Shown here piece after piece: positions 43,683 to 51,543 of a DNA stretch of 51,655 bases (positions are counted from its first letter, which is position 1; each line of letters starts with the position of its first letter). A program made the position numbers and the translations under genes. This DNA comes from Minisyncoccota bacterium (GTDB taxonomy: Bacteria > Patescibacteriota > Minisyncoccia > Phycocordibacterales > CAIZLB01). Under the pieces are notes generated by a model. It saw only the letters and a list, made by a program, of their open reading frames with translations. It was not told the origin of the DNA and did not search any database. The stretch is from positions 1 through 51,655 of the forward strand of contig DASWWM010000027.1 of NCBI GenBank assembly GCA_036405975.1, read 5' to 3'.

Positions 43683-44889
43683 TGTTCATGATCGAATAGA
43701 TCGGCTTGATCATAGAAATGGCGAAGAATCCCACAGCGGAACCGATGAATACCATAAGGATCGGTTCGATGATCGTCGAGAGGTCCTTCGTCTTCTGCTC
43801 AACCTCGTTTTCATAGAAATTCGCAACTCCGGCTAGCATTGGGGCCATTCGTCCAGTCTCCTCCCCCACGCTCATCATTTCCCCTACAAATATAGGAAAA
43901 AGCTTTTGTTCCTCGACAAAAATAGTGGACAATGGCTCGCCTCGCTCAACGACTTTTTCGCTCCTGATGAGCACATCCTTGTACCAATAATTCTGGAGCA
44001 CTTCGCCCGTGATTCGTACCGCAAGGACCAGGTCTACCCCGGAAGAGAGCAGTGACGAGAGGGTTCGTGATGCCTGGGCGGCATTTCCTTCCTTGATGAT
44101 AGTTCCGATGACTGGAATCCGCACCAAGACATAATCCAGAAGCTTTTTTCCGACTGGAGTTCTTATGGCCATGATGAACCCTGCAATGGCAGCAGCAACG
44201 ATAAGAAGAGCCAGTATGTAATGATTGCTTGCGAAATTGCTTACGGCAATGACGGCCCGAGTAGATGCAGGCAAAGGAACCTTCAGGTCTTCAAATGTCT
44301 TTGTCAGGCCAGGGACGACGAATATCATCATTAGGATTCCGATGATGAACATCACGCCGACGATGACCGACGGGTACATCATGGCACCCTTAATCTTCTT
44401 TCGAAGAAGATATGTCTTTTCCATCTGTACGGCCACCTGCTTGAGCGTATCGGCAAGATTACCGCCTTCTTCACCCACCTTGACCATGGCAACGAAGAGT
44501 TTTGGGAAGATCTTCGGATGCATTTCCAAGGCCTCATGAAAGCTCTTTCCAGAAGAGATGGCTTCATTCAAAGCCTTGTACGTATCTTTGAGCTTGGCGC
44601 TGCTGGCCTGGCGCTCCATAACGCTGATAGCCCGGGAGAGCGCCAGGCCAGCATCCAACATATTCCCGAGATTCCGAGCGAATGTGATCTTGTCCATCAT
44701 CTTCACCGTATCGAAGATCTTTATCTGCACATTCAAAGACTTGATCCCTCCGCTTTTGAGCTCCTTCACGCTGACGAGCGTCTCGCCGGTCTGCTTTACC
44801 TGATCATAAAAATCACTCTTGTTCTGGGCCTCCAGAACCGAGGTATGCTTCTGCCCTTCCTTGTTTATGGCTGTATATGAAAATTTCAT
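43675..44889 (-). CDS. pilC: type IV pilus platform protein (GspF/PilC family)
   Basis: Two GspF-like repeats with 3 TM segments. 404 aa. ATGA-type 1-nt overlap with pilB. Confidence 0.88.
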   Translation of the reverse strand: MKFSYTAINKEGQKHTSVLEAQNKSDFYDQVKQTGETLVSVKELKSGGIKSLNVQIKIFDTVKMMDKITFARNLGNMLDAGLALSRAISVMERQASSAKLKDTYKALNEAISSGKSFHEALEMHPKIFPKLFVAMVKVGEEGGNLADTLKQVAVQMEKTYLLRKKIKGAMMYPSVIVGVMFIIGILMMIFVVPGLTKTFEDLKVPLPASTRAVIAVSNFASNHYILALLIVAAAIAGFIMAIRTPVGKKLLDYVLVRIPVIGTIIKEGNAAQASRTLSSLLSSGVDLVLAVRITGEVLQNYWYKDVLIRSEKVVERGEPLSTIFVEEQKLFPIFVGEMMSVGEETGRMAPMLAGVANFYENEVEQKTKDLSTIIEPILMVFIGSAVGFFAISMIKPIYSIMNNV

Positions 44890-46676
44890 TACTCTGAAAT
44901 CACCCGAAGGATTTCTTCAATCGTCGTATGGCCCTCAACCGCCTTGAAGATGCCATCTTCGATCATAGTCATCATCCCTTCCGCCCGAGCCTGCGCCTCG
45001 ATGGCATCGCTCGTAGCATCCTTCATAACCAACTCCTTGATTGCCGGAGAGAACCGGAGCACCTCGTGAATCCCCACTCGGCCGTGATATCCGTCTTCGC
45101 TTTCGCCGTCAGGCTTTGGCTTGTAGAACGGAATGGTCGTCCAGTCATCCTTTGGACCAACGACCTTCTCATCTCGAAGCGCCTTCAATACATTGTCCAT
45201 ATTTATCTTCTTTGAAATGGACTGAAGCTCTTCCTTCGTGAGAATGTATTTCTCTTTTGAGTCGCTGAGCCGTCGAACAAGTCGCTGAGCAATGATGACT
45301 TTCAAAGTAGAAACAAGAAGGAATGGCTCGCATTTCATATCGATTAGTCGAGGGATTGCTCCGGCAGCAGAGTTGGTATGAAGAGTGGAAAGCACCAAGT
45401 GACCCGTAAGCGCGGCATTGATACCAAGCGAGGCTGTCTCATTATCTCGGATCTCTCCCACCATGATGATGTCTGGGTCCTGTCGAAGAAGTGACCTGAG
45501 GCCCGCAGCAAACGTAAAGCCGATCTCTGATTTGATCTGCGTCTGGTTTACTCGCTTCATCTGATATTCAACCGGATCCTCAACCGTTGAGATGTTTACG
45601 TCGGGAGTATTTACGATATCGAGCATCGTATACAAAGTCGTTGTCTTTCCAGAACCTGTCGGACCAGTAGTAAGAATAAGCCCTTCTGAAAGGTTTGTAG
45701 CCTCATGGAGGATTTCCAATGAAGGACCGTGGAAGCCGAGCTTTTCAAGCGTAAAGCCGGAAACAGTTTCTCGAAGAAGTCGCATTACGACTTTTTCTCC
45801 GAAGTACGTAGGAAGAATAGAAACTCGGAATGAGATCTTCTCGCCATTGAGCTCGATTCGGAATCGTCCGTCCTGCGGCAATCGTTTCTCGTCGAGCTTG
45901 AGGCTTGAAAGCACCTTGATACGAGCGATGATGCTCGAACCCGCAACTTTTGGGAGAATCATGGCGTCATGAAGGATGCCGTCGATTCGATACCGAACGA
46001 CAACTTCAAACTCCATCTGCTCGATGTGAATATCGGATGCGTCTTGGAGAACGGCATGCTTCAAAAGAGTGTCGACAATTCGGACCACAGGCAAGTCCTC
46101 GGCAAGTTTTTTGAGGTCATTCTCGCTTTCTCCGCTTGAGGCATCTCCGTCGCCTGCAACCTTCAAAACAGCGGCCTCCTGCTGGATGATATCGCCGAAG
46201 TCGGCCTTAAGACTCTTCTGATACTGGACAAGAACTGACTTCATCGACTCAGTATTCGTAAGTCGAGGAAGAATCTTCAAGCCCGTTTTCTTCTTTATGA
46301 AATCGATGGCACCGAGGTCATCCGTATCGAGCATGGCAACTTCAAGGCTTCCTTCTCGCTCCCCTTTTGCGCCAGCAGTTTTCTTGAACGCGACGATGTT
46401 ATGGTTTCGCGCGATAGGTTCAGGGATAAGCGAAAGCACCTCGAACTCAAGCTTCTGGTTTTTCAAGTCAACAAAGGGAATGCCGAGCATATGCGCCTGC
46501 ATTCGTCGGTAATCGTCTTCGCCGATCTTTCCTTGTGATACAAGCACTTCCCCCAAATCTTGTTTCTTTCCTTCTTTGCTTTCCTCAGCAACCTTCTCGG
46601 CAGCGAGAATATCCTTTGACGATACGAGACCGGTCTCAAGGATGTATTTTTTCAGTTGAGAAGATTCAATGTACAT
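44889..46676 (-). CDS. pilB: type IV pilus assembly ATPase (GspE/PilB family)
   Basis: GPTGSGKTTTLYTML Walker A, Asp box, His box and a GspE N-domain. Start moved to MYIESSQLKKY (ATG at 46676). Confidence 0.9.
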   Translation of the reverse strand: MYIESSQLKKYILETGLVSSKDILAAEKVAEESKEGKKQDLGEVLVSQGKIGEDDYRRMQAHMLGIPFVDLKNQKLEFEVLSLIPEPIARNHNIVAFKKTAGAKGEREGSLEVAMLDTDDLGAIDFIKKKTGLKILPRLTNTESMKSVLVQYQKSLKADFGDIIQQEAAVLKVAGDGDASSGESENDLKKLAEDLPVVRIVDTLLKHAVLQDASDIHIEQMEFEVVVRYRIDGILHDAMILPKVAGSSIIARIKVLSSLKLDEKRLPQDGRFRIELNGEKISFRVSILPTYFGEKVVMRLLRETVSGFTLEKLGFHGPSLEILHEATNLSEGLILTTGPTGSGKTTTLYTMLDIVNTPDVNISTVEDPVEYQMKRVNQTQIKSEIGFTFAAGLRSLLRQDPDIIMVGEIRDNETASLGINAALTGHLVLSTLHTNSAAGAIPRLIDMKCEPFLLVSTLKVIIAQRLVRRLSDSKEKYILTKEELQSISKKINMDNVLKALRDEKVVGPKDDWTTIPFYKPKPDGESEDGYHGRVGIHEVLRFSPAIKELVMKDATSDAIEAQARAEGMMTMIEDGIFKAVEGHTTIEEILRVISE

Positions 46677-46692
46677 GAGCGTAATTGTGTAA

Positions 46693-46701
46693 AGTATACC
46701 A
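46693..46701 (-). promoter_or_regulatory. extended -10 (TGgTATACT) 16 nt upstream of the pilB ATG
   Basis: Minus strand reads gttcgTGgTATACTttacacaattacgctcATG. Confidence 0.4.
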
Positions 46702-46869
46702 CGAACATTTTTTATCTTTATTAGAATACGAGCCTTCAAATGTGGATTAAGCATAATCTTAGCCGCTTCGATTTTTGTTTCTCAATTCCACTAAAATCTC
46801 CCCAATGTGATATATCGAAAAAGGTATATCGCAAGCAGAGATAGCCCAGCAACAAAAAAAAACGGCAAT

Positions 46870-46898
46870 AAAAAAAACCCGCACGTCTTAGGTGCGGG
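46870..46898 (-). terminator. intrinsic terminator after the 84-aa gene
   Basis: Minus strand reads cccgcac ctaagac gtgcggg followed by T8. Confidence 0.8.
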
Positions 46899-46928
46899 GA
46901 GACCGGAGTCTCAAGTTTTTTGCCGGGA

Positions 46929-47183
46929 TTACCAGCACCGATGGTTCCGTACAAGGCCATCAAGTGTTTTCCGGCATTTCCGGAAAGGTTTGCCGAACTC
47001 GCATTCAAATGCAAGCAGGCCGAGATACCCTGCAGACAGCAAGCCCGCAAGGACATTGGTCTGCCAGTACTCTTTTCCTAGGAACCAGGCAGCCGCCCAG
47101 CTCCCGAGTGATGCAATGATTGCACCAGTGACCATCCCCACCTTTTGGAGCCGCGCCACTTTCTTCAACTTAATATTTGTCAT
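46929..47183 (-). CDS. small membrane protein (84 aa, two predicted TM helices, Cys/basic C-terminus)
   Basis: AAGGGAGG lies 9 nt upstream of the ATG. Promoter upstream, terminator downstream. Confidence 0.65.
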   Translation of the reverse strand: MTNIKLKKVARLQKVGMVTGAIIASLGSWAAAWFLGKEYWQTNVLAGLLSAGYLGLLAFECEFGKPFRKCRKTLDGLVRNHRCW

Positions 47184-47279
47184 ATTCCGTTGCCTCCCTT
47201 TCTAAGAGGATTTTGTTTGTTCTACTGACCTCGACAGCCACTGCTGGCTGCTCACCGGACTTTTGCCTCGGATAGATAT

Positions 47280-47308
47280 ATTATCCCACTAGTGAATGTA
47301 TATGTCAA
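47280..47308 (-). promoter_or_regulatory. promoter TTGACA-17-GATAAT for the 84-aa gene
   Basis: Minus strand reads taTTGACAtatacattcactagtggGATAATat. Confidence 0.55.
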
Positions 47309-47363
47309 TAAAAAAGCATATAAAATTCATAATTAGAGCCAAAAAACCTGAAATAAAGCCAAA

Positions 47364-47391
47364 TTGACATTATTTGCCATACATATATAAT
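47364..47391 (+). promoter_or_regulatory. perfect-consensus sigma70 promoter TTGACA-16-TATAAT upstream of nusA
   Basis: aaaTTGACAttatttgccatacataTATAATgt. Confidence 0.65.
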
Positions 47392-47406
47392 GTACGCATC
47401 AGAAAC

Positions 47407-47437
47407 AGCGCGCCCAAAAGGCGGGCTCGTTTTTTTG
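47407..47437 (+). terminator. imperfect hairpin plus T7 in the nusA leader (candidate attenuator, or the end of a ~40-nt RNA)
   Basis: agcgcgccc aaaaggc gggctcgt ttttttt. The stem has one C-T mismatch. Confidence 0.4.
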
Positions 47438-47538
47438 AGAAAAACTGAAATGCCCTGCATTCAGGCCATATTCTAGCTAATCCGGCTTGAAATAAGGGTT
47501 TTTCAGAGCCAACTACAAAACTAAATACAAAAATCAAT

Positions 47539-48864
47539 ATGTTTGACCTAAAAGTAATACATTCAGTGCTCGACCAGCTCGAAGAAGAGCGAGGAATTCC
47601 ACGAGAACGAATCATCGAGGCCATCGAAATGGCCCTTGCGACAGCCTATAAGAAGGAGTTTGGACGAAAAGACCAGTTTATACGGGCTCATTTTGATATT
47701 ACTTCAGGAAAGACCGAGTTCTTCCAGGTCAAGACAGTTGTTGATCCCGAACAGATCGTGGAGACAAAGGAGGAGCTTCCTGAGAACCCGGAACCAGGCG
47801 AGGAGAAGGTTCTTTTCAATGACGAGCGACATATGCTCATCAGCGTAGCTCGAATGATGAAGAAGGACGTTAAGGTTGGAGACGAAATCGTCTTTGATCT
47901 TGAATACAAGGACGATTTCGGACGAATCGCTGCCCAGACTGCTAAGCAGGTCATCATCCAGAAGATCCGGGAGGCCGAGAAGACATCCGTTCTCGCTGAA
48001 TACGGAAAGAAGGAAGGCGAGATCATCTCAGGCTCAGTACAGCGAATCGAGCGAGGAAATGTCTTCATCGATATGGGACGAGCGGTCGGAATGCTTCCAT
48101 ACGAGGAGCAGATTCCTAACGAGCACTACAAGCAGGGAGAGCGACTCCGAATGCTCCTTCTTCGAGTCGAGGAAACTCCTCGAGGCGTATTCGTTCGACT
48201 TTCACGATCACACCCTAAATTCCTTGCTGAACTCTTCAAGGTAGAGGTGCCTGAGATCGTAGCCGGAACTGTCGAGATCAAGTCAATCGCACGAGAGGCA
48301 GGACAGCGAGCGAAGGTCGCCGTCCATTCAACAGACGAGCATATTGACCCTATCGGCTCAATGGTTGGACAGCGAGGAGTTCGAGTCATGACTGTTATGA
48401 GCGAGCTCGGAAATAGCGAGAAGATCGACATCATCGAATGGAGCGAGGACCCTGTCCAGTACATCGAGGACGCGCTTTCGCCAGCGAAGGTTGTAAGCGT
48501 TACGCTTAACGAAGAAGCAAAGACTGCGCAGGTTACCGTTACCGAAGACCAGCAGTCACTCGCTATCGGTAAGGGCGGACAGAACGTTCGACTTGCTGCG
48601 AAGCTTACCGGATGGAGAATCGATATCCAGTCAGCAGGAAAAGCAGTTGATGAATCGGAAGGGATTGAAGCTGAAACTATGGCAGGCATCACTGAGCCGA
48701 CTATTGCCGATGCGGTAGAAGCGGACGCTGACGAAGTCATCATGAACGAAGCGGCCGACGATACAGCAGCTGAGGAAATTCAGGCCGAAGCGGAGGTGGC
48801 CGCAGAAGAAGCAGAGACAAGCGAATCAGCAGAAGCAACTGAAGCTGAAGAAGCAAAAAATTAA
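47539..48864 (+). CDS. nusA: transcription termination/antitermination factor NusA with an acidic C-terminal tail
   Basis: N-terminus ...LEEERGIPRERIIEAIEMALATAYKK, an S1 domain, and two KH domains (GSMVGQRGVRV, LAIGKGGQNVRLAAKLTGW). Confidence 0.93.
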   Translation: MFDLKVIHSVLDQLEEERGIPRERIIEAIEMALATAYKKEFGRKDQFIRAHFDITSGKTEFFQVKTVVDPEQIVETKEELPENPEPGEEKVLFNDERHMLISVARMMKKDVKVGDEIVFDLEYKDDFGRIAAQTAKQVIIQKIREAEKTSVLAEYGKKEGEIISGSVQRIERGNVFIDMGRAVGMLPYEEQIPNEHYKQGERLRMLLLRVEETPRGVFVRLSRSHPKFLAELFKVEVPEIVAGTVEIKSIAREAGQRAKVAVHSTDEHIDPIGSMVGQRGVRVMTVMSELGNSEKIDIIEWSEDPVQYIEDALSPAKVVSVTLNEEAKTAQVTVTEDQQSLAIGKGGQNVRLAAKLTGWRIDIQSAGKAVDESEGIEAETMAGITEPTIADAVEADADEVIMNEAADDTAAEEIQAEAEVAAEEAETSESAEATEAEEAKN

Positions 48865-48888
48865 TCCTAAAATCTAAATCAATAACAT

Positions 48889-49413
48889 ATGAATCTTTGG
48901 CACGACATTGCACCCGGAACAGCAGACGAAATGAACGTCATCATCGAAATCCCTAAGGGTTCGAAGAACAAGTATGAGATCGATAAAGAGACAGGATTGA
49001 TCGCGCTCGATCGAGCGATGCATTCAGCTCAGGACTATCCATTCGATTACGGATTCATCCCGCAGACGCTTTGGGATGACGGGGACGCGCTTGACGTTGT
49101 CGTTCTCACAACCTACCCACTCGCCCCTGGAATCCTCGTTCGGGTACGACCAGTTGCGGTCATGGATATGGTGGACAGCGGAGAAGGAGATGCGAAAGTC
49201 ATTGCAGTTCCGACTGACGACCCTCGATGGAAGGAAGTTAAGGATCTTGCAGATGTGAATAAGCATACGGTCAAAGAAATCCAGCATTTCTTCGAGACAT
49301 ACAAGCAGATCCAGAACAAGGAAGTTAAGATCGAGAAAGTCGAAGGCGCTGACAAGGCGAAGGAGGCATTCGAAAGGTCAATCCAGATTTACAAGGACAA
49401 GTTCAGCAAGTAA
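48889..49413 (+). CDS. ppa: inorganic pyrophosphatase (family I)
   Basis: EIPKGSKNKYE and YPFDYGFIPQTLWDDGDALDVVVL. Confidence 0.93.
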   Translation: MNLWHDIAPGTADEMNVIIEIPKGSKNKYEIDKETGLIALDRAMHSAQDYPFDYGFIPQTLWDDGDALDVVVLTTYPLAPGILVRVRPVAVMDMVDSGEGDAKVIAVPTDDPRWKEVKDLADVNKHTVKEIQHFFETYKQIQNKEVKIEKVEGADKAKEAFERSIQIYKDKFSK

Positions 49414-49447
49414 TTACCGATAACCGCGCCTCGCGCAGATAAAAAAT

Positions 49448-50512
49448 ATGTCATTCACAATCACAAAGCACGGACCACTCGACGATAACGAGTACGAAAT
49501 CGAAGGAGAGATCCACGCCGACATCGTAAAGCAGTTCAGGGAAAAGGCAGTTAAGGACCTCGGCATGGCGACAAAGGTAGATGGCTTCCGACCAGGACAT
49601 GTCCCTGAGAAGATCGTCGTGGACCGGTTCGGAGAAGTCGCTGTAACAGAAGAAGCAGGCCGACTCGCGCTTGAAAGCAACTACGGAGAAATCCTCGGAA
49701 AGGCGATCGACAAGGCGAAGATCAGGCCTCTCGGCTCCCCTGCGGTAACAATCACGAAAGTCGCTCCAGGAGAGGCATTCGGATTCAAGATCAAGACCGC
49801 ACTCATGCCTGAAGTAAAGATCAAGGATTATGCAAAGGTCGCAAAGAAGGTAATGGCCGACAAGACAGAAGTGCGAGTAACTGACAAGGAAGTCGACGAG
49901 GCAATCGTGGATCTCCAGAAGCAGGTAGCCCACTCTGACTATCATGCGAACAATCCTGACGATCACGGACATGATCATTCAGACCTCCCTCTTCCTGAAG
50001 TAAATGAAGAATTCATCAAGAAGTTTGGACCATTTGAGACCATCGAGGCATTCCGAGAAAAAGTCTTCGAAGGCGTATCAGTCGAAAAGACTCGAAAGGA
50101 GAAGGAGAAGAAGCGACTCATGATTATCGAAGAGCTCATCAAGACAGCAGAGATCAAGATGCCGAAGATGCTTGTAGACTCTGAACTCAGCCGAATGCTC
50201 AGCGAGCTCAGCGCAAATATCTCTCAGATGGGACTCGATCTCGAGACATACCTCAAGCATGTCGGAAAAGGCATCGAGGAGCTCAAGAAGGAATGGCTTC
50301 CCGACGCCGAGAAGCGAGCTAAAACCCAGCTCATCATGAATCAGATCGCTCTCGACGAGAAGATCACGGTTTCAGAAGAAGAGATCAATAAAGAAGTCGA
50401 GCAGATCATGCAGCACTACAAAGACGCGGACAAGACTCGGGCGCAGATCTACGTCGAGACAATCCTCCTCAATGAGAAAGTCTGGGCATGGCTCGAAGAA
50501 CAGGGCAAGTAG
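49448..50512 (+). CDS. tig: trigger factor lacking the PPIase domain
   Basis: VDGFRPGHVPEKIV ribosome-binding signature. VTDKEVDEAIVDLQKQ, then an 18-aa His/Asp linker, then LPEVNEEFIKKFG (start of the C-domain). Confidence 0.85.
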   Translation: MSFTITKHGPLDDNEYEIEGEIHADIVKQFREKAVKDLGMATKVDGFRPGHVPEKIVVDRFGEVAVTEEAGRLALESNYGEILGKAIDKAKIRPLGSPAVTITKVAPGEAFGFKIKTALMPEVKIKDYAKVAKKVMADKTEVRVTDKEVDEAIVDLQKQVAHSDYHANNPDDHGHDHSDLPLPEVNEEFIKKFGPFETIEAFREKVFEGVSVEKTRKEKEKKRLMIIEELIKTAEIKMPKMLVDSELSRMLSELSANISQMGLDLETYLKHVGKGIEELKKEWLPDAEKRAKTQLIMNQIALDEKITVSEEEINKEVEQIMQHYKDADKTRAQIYVETILLNEKVWAWLEEQGK

Positions 50513-50591
50513 TAAAACCTTATCCGACGTCCACTCACCATTGGTCGCGCGTCTCGCAGGGATCCATATAGCAAAAATGATATACGGAGAC

Positions 50592-50621
50592 AAAAAACCG
50601 CCCACAAAAGGGCGGTTTTTT
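50592..50621. terminator. bidirectional intrinsic terminator between tig and rsmE
   Basis: aaaaaaccgccc acaaaa gggcggtttttt. Confidence 0.85.
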
Positions 50622-50649
50622 ATTTGTCGCAATGAGCTTAGCTACCTGT

Positions 50650-51495
50650 TTATGCAATCTTCATGAGAGTGACTGCGCTTATGGCAGCAGTCTCCGCCCG
50701 AAGCACATTCTCCCCTATTTTAGCTTTCTTTAATCCAAGTTCATCAAAATATTTCATCTCGGCTTCAGACCAACCACCTTCAGGCCCAATCAGGATGCCA
50801 ACTTCGCTGTCAGCTTTCAGTGCATCCTTCACATCGGCAAAGCCTGATCCATTCTGATGGAACAAGATAACCTGACCACCTTTCGCTGCAAAAGATTTAA
50901 CCGCGTCCTTAAGCTTGGCAGGCTCACCTATGGCCGGCACCGAAACTCGCCCAGACTGTTCCGCAGCCTCGATGGCGATGCGCTTAAGCCTTTCAAGATT
51001 CACATTCTTCTTGATAGTCCGATCAGCGATAACTGGAATAACACCGTCAATGCCAAGCTCGGTAGTCTTCTGCACAATCAGGTCAAAGTTATCGCCCTTA
51101 ACGATGCTGGCCAGAAGCCAAAGCTCTGGGCTAGCGTTCCCGGTTTTTCCGCTTGTCTTGGCAACTTTTCCGACTTTCTTGCTGGCAACCTTCTCAGTCT
51201 TTTTAGAAGACGCTTTCGCCTTCTTTGGCACAGCTTTTGGCTCCGGTGCCTTAAGCACCTCAAGGATAACCAGTTCTGCCTGTACCGGAGTCATGGATTC
51301 GATAAGAGCCAGCGACTCGGTCTTGCTGTCGTCAAAAAGCACAACCTGACTGCCGACCATGTATCGGAAAACGTTTTGCCACTGATGAATGAGCGCCCCT
51401 ATCTCCGCATCCTTATAAGAATCCAGCGAAATGCGGTCTGCAGGGCCGTTCTCAGCCAGTTTTTTGCCTTTTATATAGAATCTGTGCAACCTCAT
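50650..51495 (-). CDS. rsmE: 16S rRNA (uracil1498-N3)-methyltransferase RsmE family, with a Lys-rich internal insertion
   Basis: MRLHRFYI start and LIGPEGGWSEAE motif. Start moved to ATG 51495. Confidence 0.8.
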   Translation of the reverse strand: MRLHRFYIKGKKLAENGPADRISLDSYKDAEIGALIHQWQNVFRYMVGSQVVLFDDSKTESLALIESMTPVQAELVILEVLKAPEPKAVPKKAKASSKKTEKVASKKVGKVAKTSGKTGNASPELWLLASIVKGDNFDLIVQKTTELGIDGVIPVIADRTIKKNVNLERLKRIAIEAAEQSGRVSVPAIGEPAKLKDAVKSFAAKGGQVILFHQNGSGFADVKDALKADSEVGILIGPEGGWSEAEMKYFDELGLKKAKIGENVLRAETAAISAVTLMKIA

Positions 51496-51503
51496 GCATA
51501 TAT

Positions 51504-51509
51504 AGTATA
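51504..51509 (-). promoter_or_regulatory. -10 box TATACT 8 nt upstream of the rsmE ATG
   Basis: Minus strand reads cgtacTATACTatatatgcATG. Confidence 0.45.
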
Positions 51510-51543
51510 GTACGGGCATATTTAATCAAATAACCCGAAAAAC

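Noticed and set aside
47250-47270. The minus strand reads gaggcaaaagtccggtgagc, resembling the RNase P RNA P4/CR-I motif (GAGGAAAGUCCGGGC).
   Set aside because: Only ~90 nt of non-coding sequence is available between the promoter and the 84-aa ORF. No CR-IV or CR-V counterparts are present. This is far too short for RNase P RNA.
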